A stretch of 64,000 bases of DNA from Camelus ferus (Eukaryota): NCBI RefSeq assembly GCF_009834535.1, contig NC_045697.1:50532001-50596000 (forward strand), in the 5' to 3' direction. Below are positions 46,605 to 58,495 of this stretch, piece after piece. The position numbers and the translations under genes are program-made. The notes under the pieces were generated by a model. That model did no database searches. It was not told where the DNA came from and saw nothing but the letters and a program-made list of their open reading frames with translations. Within the stretch, counting starts at the first letter, position 1; each line of letters opens with the position of its first letter.

Positions 46605-47859
46605 GAAGGATAGAGAGACTCAAACTAGAAAATGGAAGGGCTAAGTATAAAGAGTCAGGAGAGCTGGAAGAAGTGATGAGAGCTTAGACTTAAGACGTTC
46701 CCAAGGAGAGGTTGCTGGTCAAATTGCCTAGAGATGTGTCTTGGAGAGCTGGCAAAAGCCTCGGTATTGGTTTGGGATATCCAAAAACAAAGGACCCTTT
46801 TCTCATAGCCTGTGTAGAAGTTGAGAAGGTGTCATGACCTCAAATAATTAAATGGACGCAAGAGGCCTAGGAAGACATCTTAGACACTTTCTCAGAGTTT
46901 CCTGTAGCAGAGTGATAAAACCACTGGAAGCAAACAGACCAGTGCGTGTGTAGATAGCTGGCCAGGGACCAGATGAGATAAAGGACTTCTTGTTGGATGC
47001 CAGCTTAGAAACATAATAGAACTGAATGTCCTATCATTCGTGGTACTTACATGCAACCTCAGGAAAGATGGACAAAGAGTCCAAATGGATGAGGTTTGAG
47101 TTTCTACTTCTTCAAAGATATTAATGAAAAATTCAATAAAATTTGAGGAGTATGTTTAACAGATATTTAAGGATACAATGGTCTGGATAACTGGTCACCA
47201 AACAGAAGTGTTTTTAGAATTAAATCAGAACTACAAATACCAGAATCTCAAGCATAAATGACCAACTTCAATGTGTTTAAGTACTTTGGAAGGACAATTT
47301 AAAGTACTCCATAACAAGAATACTAGCCATGGCAAATTTTAATTGCTTGTCTAGCTTCCTCTGTTCCTGGCCAGTATCTAAGATTCAGATTCAAACTCAG
47401 GCTTTATAATTTAGTGCCTGGGTAACCTAAGAGAATTACTGCAGCCTTAGCTTTCTTACCTATATATTAAGAATAATAATACTCAGCACTTCATAAGTAT
47501 GACTAGAGAAATGATGTATATAAAGTGCTTAGCACATTGCCTGCCACATAGAAAATATCCAATAGATACTGAGGATATGCCAGTTATTCACATATTATCC
47601 TGGACAAAACATTTGGAAGAAGAGAAAGTCACTGTCCATGCCTATGTTATGTTATAATCTGGTATTTTCAAGCTGTGTGGGTTTGAAACAATCCAGTGGC
47701 AATCAGCACTTTTTTTTTTAAAGGAATAGCATAGCTTAATGTAGCATGACATAAATTTTCTGTAAAAATTTGTCTTATTTATGTGTATTTATGTAAGTAT
47801 ATACTACACCATGAAATGTATTATGAGGGGTGAGTACCTAGGTATCGATGGCCATATTA

Positions 47860-50800
47860 TTACATTGACCATATATTTTGCAAACTTGCTAAACTAATTT
47901 ACAAATTCTGGTAGTTATTTTGTATATTCCACTGGATTTTCAGTCATGTTTTCTGAAATAAAAAATAGTTTTACTTCTTCCTTCCAAATCTCGATGTGTT
48001 TCACTACTTTCCTTACCTGACTGCACTAAATAGACACACCAGTACAATGGGAGATAGAAGTGGCGAGAGGGATCTGGTGCCTGATCTTAGCGGGGAAGCA
48101 TTCATTCTTTTAACAAAATATGATGTTAGCTGTGAGGTTTTCATAGATGCTGTTTATCAGGTTGAGGAAGTCCCCTTCTCAGTCTGCCGAGAGATTTTTG
48201 AGAAATCAAAGATGAATTTTGTCAAAGTGATTTCTGAGACTATTTGGATACTTTTTAAAGTTTTTGTTCATTTGGTTTTAGTTTGTAAAAATGGTGAATT
48301 GCATTCCTACAGTAAACTCCATTTGGTCATGGTGCATTATCCTTTTAATATGTCAGATTAAATCTGGATGCATTTTGTTCACAATATTTGCATCTATATT
48401 CATGCAAGATTTTGGTCTATAGTTCTCTCTTCTTCTGATGTCTTTGTCTGCTTTTAGTATCAGAGTAATGCTGGCCAATTTGAAGTACTCTTTCTTTTTC
48501 AGTTTTTTGGAAGAGTTGGTATAGAACTGGTAATATTTCTTCCTTAAATATTAGGTAAAATTTACCATAGTGAAGCCATTTAGACGTAGAGTTTTCTTTG
48601 TGGGAAGAACTTTAACTATAAATGTAATTCCTTTGATAGATATAGGGCTATTTTAGGTTCTAGATTTCTTCTTGAGTGAGCTTTGGTACTTTGTGTCTTT
48701 CAAAAAATTGATTCACTTAATCTAAGTTGTTAAATTTAGTTATAATTTTTTTTATCATAGTCCTTTATTACTCTCTTAATATCTGTAGAATCTGTAATTA
48801 TACTAACTCTCTCATTCCTAATATTAGTAATTTGTGTTTTCTATTTTTTTTTTCCTAATCAGTCTGGCTAGAGGTACATTAACTAGCTTGATCTCTGTGT
48901 ATTCTACACATTGCCTGTGAATCTTCAGTTTTTCCAGTCTGTGTAGTAAAACAGGCACTATTTCTGGCCCTGTGTGAGTACTAGGCACTGTTATCTCTAA
49001 TCCCTTCAGGTGGTTCTTTATCTGCCTGGATAGTCTCCTTACATGCATGCACCCAGAGTACTCAAGGGTGACCCTCTGCACCCGTTAGGTTGAGTTTTCT
49101 CTCTGTGCAACCTCTCCTCTTTGGTACTGTGTCCTGTGAACTCTTTCCACTATGGTCTTCCCAAACTCTCAGCTCATTCTCCTCAGCTTAGAGAGTCCAC
49201 CATGCTTCGCCTAGGTCACCTCCATCCCAGGGCACAGCATGAAACCTTCTCAAGCCCGTCAGCCTGGGCTATCAAAGGGCTCACCTTATTTGTTTCCTGT
49301 GTATGTCTCAGGGATCACTTTCCTAAGTTGCTGGATGTCTCCTGAATGTAAATTGTTTTTTCAATATATCTTATCTGATTTTTTTTCAGTTGTTTAAAAC
49401 AAGAGGATAAATCTAGCCCCTGTTACTATATCTTGGTCAGAAACAGCAAATCTCATGATTATGTTATTATAAATGAAATGAATACAGTTTTACAGAGAAA
49501 GTTTATACCAGTCAATACCTATAAACCTAAATTATTCCTTTAAACTGCTATCCATTGTGTATATGCACACCATTCTACTTATCTAGTCCTCTGTTGGCAA
49601 AACTTTAGCTGTTTTCAGTTGTCCACTATTAAAAACAAGCTGCAATAAGTATTTCTCTCTATCTAGGCCAGATTTCTCTTTAGGCATCTAGAAAAAAATG
49701 GGATCTCTGGGTAACATGATATGCACATTTTCAGACTTAATAACATTTTCAAATAACCTCCTGGAGTGACTATAATGAAGTACACTTTCCTCAGCACTGT
49801 GTACAAGTATATGCTTCCCTGTATCCTTGCCAACATTTGTTATTATCAGACTTTTTATTCTTTGCCAATCTGATGTGTATAAAAATTATCTCTTTGTGGG
49901 GGGTGTTGCATTTGCCTGATTATTAGTGACATTGAGCAATTTTTCATGTTTATTGGCATTTAACATCCTCATCTATAAATTATCCTTTTTAACATTAGAT
50001 TTGTGTATTTTTCATCATGATTTTTATAAAAATTTAGCTATAATATACTGGATATCGATTCTTTGTCATTTATAATGCAAACATTTTGTCACAATATAAT
50101 GCTTGTATTTTAATTTTTTAACAGACATGTTCTATAGATTTTTTAAAATTGATGTGTTGAATTACGGCAAGTTGCTTGTTGATTTTCACTTACGTGTGTA
50201 TCTGTGTGTTTGTGTGCGTCTTTCCTAAGACAGCTTTACCTGCTCTAAATTTATGAAAACATTCTCTTTTTCAATTCTCCAGTAGAGTTTTATTTTTGGT
50301 CTTTTTACTTTATTTTCTTTATTCCATCTAGAATTAATTTCTACATACGGTGTGAGATGGGAGTCCAATTGGGTTTTTTTCCTAAATGGGAAATCAAATG
50401 TTTTAACACTCTTAATTGAATTGTATTTTCTCCTACTGTTTAATGACACCACCTGATTCCATATATATTTATGAGTTTTAAAATTTCCTTCCAATGATGT
50501 ATTTGTCTTTTCTTGTGCCTATGCCATAATTTTAATTACTAATACTTTATAAAATAACCTGAGTTTTAATAAAGTATTACTATTCATAATTAATAACTAA
50601 TATTTGCTGAGCACCTACACTGTGTCAGTATTCTAAATGCTTTGTGTGTATTCTCTCTATTAAACCTTATAACAATGCTGTGATGTAGATATTATTATCA
50701 GGCCTATTTTAGAAATGAGGAAACTGAGGAACAGAAAGATTAAGTAATCTGTGACTTAAGTAACAAGGTCATACAGCTAGTAAGTGAGAAAGCTGAGAAG

Positions 50801-51293
50801 CAGAAATTAAAAAAAAAAAAAGGTCTTCTCCCTTATTCTTTTTCTTCCACTGCTTATTACTTTTATAAATAAGATGTCTGCATATTTTTTGGTCCAAAAT
50901 AGGACAATTTTGAGAATAACAGGGAGCACTACTAAAAATAACATCAGGTTGCATAATCCTGAATTATTGCAAACAAATTATGACATATGATCACATTATT
51001 TATAAGATAACCCTTTTGTGAAATGAACCTTTCCATTTCCTTGCAAAATTATGATACTTGGAGATGGTATTGGATTTAAAAGATTAATTTAGGGATAATT
51101 AACATCCTTATATGAATAAATTCCTCTGTGCAAACACATGGGGTATATCTTCAATTTTTTTTCAGCCTTCCCCTTTGATTATATTTTATAATTTCTTTCT
51201 ACTTTCTTATTACTTCTGGTTAGTTTTATTCCTAGGAATTTTATTTCCAATTTTGCTACTATTGTGAATGAAATATGTTTTCTATTACATTTT
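47860..51293 (-). mobile_element. Mosaic of ancient L1 (L1M/L1ME-like) fragments with an internal MIR (about 50600-50800)
   Basis: Antisense L1 motifs, e.g. cttttagtatcagagtaatgctggcc, atccttgccaacatttgttattatcagacttt, tttattcctaggaatttt. Confidence 0.75.
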
Positions 51294-53139
51294 TATTGAG
51301 GTAAAAGGACATAAAACATTTCAGGTGTATAACAATGATTCAGTATTTGTATGTATTATAAAATGATCACCACAGTAAGTCTAGTTAACATCCATCACCA
51401 ACATAGTTAGGTATTTTTTTCCCTGTGATGAGAAGTTTTAAGATTTACTCTCGTAGCAACTTGCAAATATGCAGTACAGTATTATTGACTATAGTCACTT
51501 TGCTGTATATTACATCCCCATGACTTACATATTTTATAACTGGAAGTTTGTACCTCTTGACTCCCTTCACCCATTTTACCCACCCACCCATCCTCCACCT
51601 CTGGCAACCACCGATCTACTCTCTGTATCTATGTGCTTGTAATTTTGTTTGTTTGGTTGGATTTTTTTTACAATTCTACATATATGGTATTTGTCTTTCT
51701 CTGTCTATCTTATTTCATCTAGCATAATGCCCTCAAGGTCCAGCCATGTTGTTGCAAATGGCAAGGTTTATTTTTTTAATGGCTAAATAATACTCCACCT
51801 GTGTTTGTATATATGTCACATTTTCTTTATCCATTCATCCACTGATGGACATTTACACTGTTTCCATATCTTGGTTATTGTAAATAATGCTGCAAATGAA
51901 CATATGGGTGCATATATCTTTTCAGGCTTAGTGCTTTTGTTTTCTATGATAATACCCAGAAGTGGAATTGCTGGATCATATGTATTTTTAATTTTGAGGA
52001 ACTTCCATACTGTTTTCCAAAGTGGCTGCACCAATTTACATTTCCACCAACAGTGCACAAGAGTTCCCTTTTCTGCACATCCTTGCCAACATTCGTTACT
52101 TCCTGTCTTTTTGGCAACAACTATTCTGGCAGGTGTGAGGTGGATATCTCATTGTGGTTTTGATTTGCATTTCCCTAATGATTAGTGATGTTGAGCATCT
52201 TTTCATGTGCCTATTGGTTATCTATATGTCTTCTTTGAAAAAATTCTATTCAAATCCTCTGCCCACTTTTTTAATTTTTTTTTTTTTTTTTTTTGCTATT
52301 GAGTTGTATGCGTTTTCTCTATATTTTGGATATTAACTTATTAGATGTATAATTTGCAAATATTTTCCCCCATTCAGTTTGTAGCCTTTTCATTTTGTTG
52401 ATGGTTTCCTCCTTTGCTGTGCAGAAGCTTTTTAGTTGGATGTAGTCCTCCTACTTGTTGATTTTTTTGCTCTTGATGCCTCTGCTTTTGGTGTCAAACC
52501 CAAAAAGTCATTGCCAAGACTGAGTCAAGGAGCTTATCCCCTATGTTTTCTTTAGAATTTTTATGCTTTCAGGTCTTACATTCAAGTCTTTATCCATTTT
52601 GAGTTAACTTTTGTGTATGGTATAAAATAATGGTCTAATGTTGCTGTCCAATTTTCTGAACACTATTTATTGTATATTCTTGGCTCCTTTGTTGTAAATT
52701 TTTGCGTTTATTTGTGGGACCTCCATCCTGTTCCATTGATCTATGTGTCTGTTTTTATTCTAATACCATTCTGTTTTGATTACTGTAGCTTTGTTATACA
52801 GTTGAAAATCAGGGACTGTGGTGCCTCTAGCTTTATTCTTCTTTCTCAAAACTGCTTTGGTTATTTGAGGTCTTTTGTGGGCCCATAAAATTTTAGAATT
52901 ATTTGTTCTAGTTCTGTGAAAAATGCCAATGGAATTTTCATAAGAATTACATTAAATCTGTAGACTGCTTTCCGTAGTATGGACAGTCTAACAATATTAA
53001 TTCTTCCAATCCATTTATTTGTGTCTTCTTTAATTTCCTTCATCAATGTCTTACAGTTTTCAGTGTGCAGTTCTTTTACTTCCTTGGTTAAATTTATTCC
53101 TAGGTATTTTACTCTTGTTGATGCAATTATAAACTGGAA
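51294..53139 (-). mobile_element. Younger 5'-truncated L1 (ORF2 C-terminus and 3' UTR) with perfect 15-bp TSD
   Basis: ORF2-like [31 protein letters not shown] and [18 protein letters not shown] tttctattacatttt at 51279-51293 and 53140-53154. Confidence 0.95.
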
Positions 53140-53154
53140 TTTCTATTACATTTT

Positions 53155-54830
53155 ATAATTGTGTATTATTGATGTCTGTGAATACACTTTTTATTATAAA
53201 ATGTCCCTCTTTAATCTCTAGTGACTTTTTTGTTAGTTTGTTTTAAAGTCTAGTTTGTATAAAGGTGTAGCCACTCTTGTTTTCTTATGGTCGTTTTTTG
53301 CACCTTTTTACTTTTGAACCTATTTGTATTTTCAAATCTAAAGTGTGTCTCCTGTAGACAACATATAGTTAGGTCTTGCCTTTATACCAGTCTGACAATC
53401 CCTGACTTTTCACTGGATTGCTTAATCAATTCATATGTACTGTTATATATATGTATTGTTACATTGTCTTCTACTTTTTTGGGGGGACTCATTTTAAAGG
53501 AGATAAATTTCCTGAGTCCTTACATATCTGGAAATTTCTTTATTTCTTTATCACTTCTGAGTGATTGTTCAGCTAGGTACAAATTTCTACATTAATTTTT
53601 GTCCTTCAAATACTCCATTGTCTTCTGGCACCAAAACCATTGACAATCAGTCTTCATTCAGATCCTTATTTGTTTATAGATACTCTCTTTTCCTCTTGTA
53701 ACTTTTAGGATTCTCAATGTTCTTAAGGTCTAATATTATGTATCTAAGTATAATTACTTTATTTTAATACATCTCAGCACTTGGTAAATATTTTCAAACT
53801 CAGGACTCATATCTTTCTTTAGCTTCATAAAATTGTCAGTGATCTTCCTTTAAAGTGTTTTGTTTACATTTATCTCTAATATCTCCTCCTGGAAGAGTTT
53901 CTTGATTTATCATCCATATCACAAGTCATACATTATAGCTGTTTATCTCTTTTTGTTGAATTCTGGGATGAGTTCATTTTATTATTCCAGTGGATTTACT
54001 TTTATGCTATGTTCAGCACTATTCAGTCTACTTCCAAAGTTTTATTTTTTTTAATTTCAATAATAATTTCCAATGTTTCTAATTAATTACTTAGTTAATT
54101 ATTTTTCATAATTGTTTTTTCTTGTATAACCTCCATTCTTGTTTTTAAACTTTCATTCTTCTCTCATGGCTGTAATCCCTTCTTTACCTTGGTAATAGCA
54201 TCAGAGTAACTTTTTTGAAAGTCCTTTCTAGTTGTACTACTGGGCTTACTTTTCTTAGTCAGCTTTTTTGTTTACTAAGTTTGTTGTTTGTCCTTTATTG
54301 CCTGTGTAGTCATTTTCCATAAGATATCTCTTCCTAGGGCATCCTGGACTTTTACTCAAGTTTGTGGGGACTCAACACGGGCTCCACTGATAGTCTGGCT
54401 CCAGAGCAGGCCTGGCATTCAGGGCAGCACTCTTCACAGATCCATTTCCAGATGTGCTCCTGCTGAGGTGCAGATCCGCCGACCCCTGTCAGTGCATAGG
54501 CTGTGCTGCAGGAGCCCCATGCTGTATGGCAGGAGGCACTGCTGTTCTCGGCTCAGCCAGGAAAGTAGACAGCAGTGGCATCTTTTCCAGAACCCAGTTT
54601 CACTCAGGCTGTGCAGATGTGGTCCTGAGCCTTGTGCACAACTTGTGTGGGCATAAAGATGCCAGCACTTTTTCCCAAGCATTCACCTGGGTCTCAGCCC
54701 TCTCCTACCTATGGACTGACCTCACAGCTTCAGGCTGTTCTGAATTTTATTTGTTCCTATTGCCTTTTTCTTTGAGGGGAATATCCTTATTCTAGTCTAC
54801 AGAGACCCCTTTTTCTTGTTTTCTAGAATA
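53155..54830 (-). mobile_element. Ancient L1 fragments (continuation of the host element and more 5' parts)
   Basis: aaagtgtgtctcctgtagacaacatatagttaggtcttgc and T-rich antisense L1 composition; boundaries approximate. Confidence 0.55.
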
Positions 54831-55879
54831 ACTGTGTTTTTTAATTAAAAATGTTTTGCCATATTGTCAAATGATAGACAAAACATTTTATTTCCCACTA
54901 TGCTCTTAGGAGAAGGGCTGGTTCGATTTCAATTGATCACATTCCAGTTAGGTGTATCCTGAATTTTGAGACTTGGTTTCACTGCTGAAAATGTCAAAAA
55001 CAGCTAGTTTCATATTACATTCAATTCTTGGAAAAACTATGGCTGGGTGTACCCAGTGATCTGGAAATGTGAGTATGACACAAGTCACTGTGGGGGAGGA
55101 CTACAGAGCTTCTGAGAGACAGCTCACCCAGGTCTGCACATGACAATCATCTGGGGAGCTGTGAGTCCTCTCAATGATCAAGCTGCAGCCCATATCAACT
55201 AAATCAGAATTTCTGTGGCTGGAACTTCAGCACTTTTGAAGTTCCTCAACGGATTCACACGGGTAGCCAAGGTTGAGTTCCTACTCTAAAGAAAGAGAGA
55301 GTCAGGTGTATATGATGGGCTTAAGCCAGCATAGTTATTGTTAGAGGAGAGGTAAGTCTAAATAGATCTTAGTGTCCATAACTCAGACTGGGCTTTATTC
55401 TAGGCTCCCATAGGGCTCGTTCATTGCGAAAAGAGAGAAACCATGAATAAAAAATAGCAAGGTGTCTTCCCTTTAAAAGTCTGTAGTATTCTAAGAAAGA
55501 ATACCATGAGGAAGAGGCCTTCTTTCCCATTTTGCAACAGAACTCCATGCAGTTCCATCTTGAGGGCCCAGCGCATGTAGGATGGAGTGTGCAGTTAAGA
55601 GACTGTGTCTGGCCATGGCAACAGCTGTTCTTGGCAGGAAAAGAAAATGTAACCTCGTCTCTACATGAGCGCGTGTTGTGGGCAGAGGATGATGGGGGGG
55701 TTGAAGTAAAAGAGAACACCATGTGAAACTGACTGGGTTTGTTAGGGAGTATAAAAACTCTTTTCTGAGAGACTCAAAAATAATAGCAAAGGGATAAGAC
55801 AAAATTTAAAAGAATTGTAGAAAAAAATCTCTAAAGTTTTAGCACAACAAAGAAAATATCCAGATAAGAAAAATCCTCA

Positions 55880-56105
55880 TTGTTCCAACAGGTATTTGCT
55901 GAATAGCTACTATGTGCCAGGCGCTATAGTAGGTGATGGGGAGACAGCAGTGAACAAGATAACAAAAATCCCTTCCCTAATGGAGCCTACATTTTCACAG
56001 GGAAGACAGCTGATAAGCAAATAAATACATACATAACACAATGTCTGATAATGACTGGTGCCAGAAAGAAAAATAAAAGGCTGTTATTTTTAGATAGGCC
56101 TCTCT
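55880..56105 (-). mobile_element. L2 3' fragment
   Basis: caacaggtatttgctgaatagctactatgtgccaggcgct...cagcagtgaacaaga. Confidence 0.8.
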
Positions 56106-56166
56106 AAACATATGCCATCTAAACATATGATAAAGACACAGGAATGAAAAGTTTCGTTATGTAAAT

Positions 56167-56910
56167 CAGTGCTTCTCAAACTTTTTGGCTTCAGGACTAT
56201 TTTACATTTTTAAAAATTATCGAAGATCCAAAAGAGCTTTGTTTATGTGGCTTATATCCATTGATTTTACCATGTAAGCAATGAAAACTGATAAACTATT
56301 TAAATATTTATTTCATTCTTTGCAAAAAAATAATAACCCTATTACATGCTAAAATAAATAACACATCTTTATTAACATAACTAAATATCCCCATGCAAAA
56401 AGAGAAGAGAGTCACTGTTTTACAGTTTTGATAATCTTTTAATCTCCAGCTTAACACAGAAGGCTGGATTCTCAAATGCTGCAGCCAGTGTCACATACAT
56501 ATGTACTTGGAAAAGGGAGGAGTGCTGTAATAGCCTTTTAATTGTGGTTATCTGTCTCTGAATCTATACCAAGACTTGACAAGTAATAGTTTCTTAAAGG
56601 TTACTTACAATGTGGATTTGGAAGCCATTTCAATGAGCTTTCCATACTCTGTCATATTAAAACCCAATATTGTTCTATCATGCATTTGAACGGATTTAGT
56701 GACATCATGTGTCACTTAGTTGGAAAATGTCACTTCATTGAGTTACATATATCTTCCTAATATCATCACATATCATTAAACAATATTTTAAAAATCCTAT
56801 TCATTAATATCACCATTAATCTCATGAGAAAAGAAAGTTTTGGGAAGCTGTCAAGCTCATAGTGGGGACACTGCTTTTGCAAAATTCTAAGTTTGCTTGA
56901 AATCAAACTG
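56167..56910. mobile_element. hAT-Charlie DNA transposon fragment (Charlie1-like)
   Basis: TIR cagtgcttctcaaact followed by ttaaaaattatcgaagatccaaaagagctttgtttatgtgg. Confidence 0.8.
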
Positions 56911-57980
56911 TAACCTAGCCCAGGGGGCTAGACCAAGTCCACCACAACTCACCTGGGTGCCTTTTGTACCTGGTATCAGTCTTTGCTTTCATATCTTCCT
57001 TCCCACTGGCAAAGGCAAAGCATCGGGCACTCTGACCCATTTCCTTCAAAACCAATGGAAGGATGTGTCTTTACCACCAAGCCTAGACCTCCCCACCCCC
57101 CCATCTCTCTGATCTGAGGATCATACCACTTTCCAGCACATGGAAAGACTGTGGTGATGGATATAGTGAGTGATCTCACTCTTCACTTGAGACCCCACCC
57201 CCCAAAAACAGAGTGGCACAACCTTAACATAATAATCACTTAACAACAGTTGGGACAAATAGTAACAAGAGGATTGTTCTGTCACACCTATCAACAAACT
57301 GAATGGTGTTAGTTCTAATTTGAGTCCTCCATAAAGCATAAAAGCAATATTATTAAACAATATTTGGAGCCAAACCTTAGAGTCCTTAGAGCTATAGACG
57401 GGCTCAGTGTGCAAGCCAAAGTGAGGAAAGAATGGGCACTTTGAGAGAATGAGAAAAGCTTTCTGTTCTCTTAGGGATTTAATGGGTGGCTCTGTTACCT
57501 TGCCTACAAGCTTTGTTTTGGGAGAATAACTTGTTACTTATAACCTTGTGATACAAGGACCAAAAAAAATTAAGGGCAACACATTCATAATCATTTGGAA
57601 CACTAAAAATATCCAGAGCATTGAATGCTGAAGAGGCTTGAGATAAAAGCAGGGAAATCAAGGGAATAATTTTTTTTAGGTTGAAAAAAAAAAAGCTTCT
57701 TAAAAATCAACAAATAAAATACCAAAAAAAAAAAAAAAAAAGCCAGTGCTTGCAAAATCCACATAAATGGATGTGAGAAAGTGCCAAGACTTTGTGACGA
57801 TGTTCTGATCCTACCATGACCACCCCTCCCCATGTAGCCTAATAGGGGTGTAGTGAGACGAGAGGCTGACATTTGGGAGTGCAAGGATGGCCAACAGAGC
57901 CCATCCTCAGGGAACTCAAATGTACTAGGTGGGAGATGACTGGTAAAACTGGAATGCACTGTAATAAAAACACACCAAAG

Positions 57981-58115
57981 TCCAGAGGGTATAGCTCAGT
58001 GGTAGAGCACATGCTTAGCATGCATGAAGTCCTGGGTTCAATTCCCCATACCTCCATTAGAAAAAAAATTAAAATAAACCTAATTACCTCCCCCCCTAAA
58101 ACAACAACAATTAAA
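57981..58115 (+). mobile_element. tRNA-derived SINE (camelid Vic-1-like), long form with TSD
   Basis: GGGTATAGCTCAGTGGTAGAGCACATGCTTAGCATGCATGAAGTCCTGGGTTCAAT plus tail aaataaacctaattacctccccccc. TSD aaaaacacacca (57966-57977) and aaaaatacacca (58116-58127). Confidence 0.9.
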
Positions 58116-58219
58116 AAAAATACACCAGATGTATACAAAGTGCCTAGTTAAAACTAGTAAAAGGAAAGAAAACTGTGAAGGTCTTATTTGCTTATTATTA
58201 ATAAATCCTTAAAAATGTA

Positions 58220-58495
58220 TGCCAGCCAAACAGCCACTTCCTCTGGGAGGTCTTCTGTGGTTACACCGGTCCTGATACTGACCAAGTCCCCCTCCATATA
58301 TGCACACATAGCCCCTGCACTTTCTGTCGTGTTTTAAAATTCTGCCATTACATTTGCATGTTACTATTTGATCAATGTCTGTTTATAGTAGACTATAAGC
58401 TCCACGAGGGCAGAAGCTGAGTTTTGTTGTCCACCCAGCACGAAGACAGCACCTGGCACTACCGGTGCCCGGTCAATATGCTGCGTAAATGAAGG
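58220..58495 (+). mobile_element. L2 3' fragment
   Basis: tagactataagctccacgagggcag...cagcacctggcac...caatatgctgcgtaaatgaa. Confidence 0.75.

Noticed and set aside
41660..53046. Numerous 60-126 aa ORFs in both orientations
   Set aside because: Sense fragments or antisense shadows of decayed L1 and LTR sequence; no intact ORF1 or ORF2.
57981..58055. tRNA-like sequence (also 17185-17258)
   Set aside because: Has Pol III A and B boxes but a poorly pairing acceptor stem and A-rich tails, with a TSD on the 57981 copy: a SINE, not a tRNA gene.
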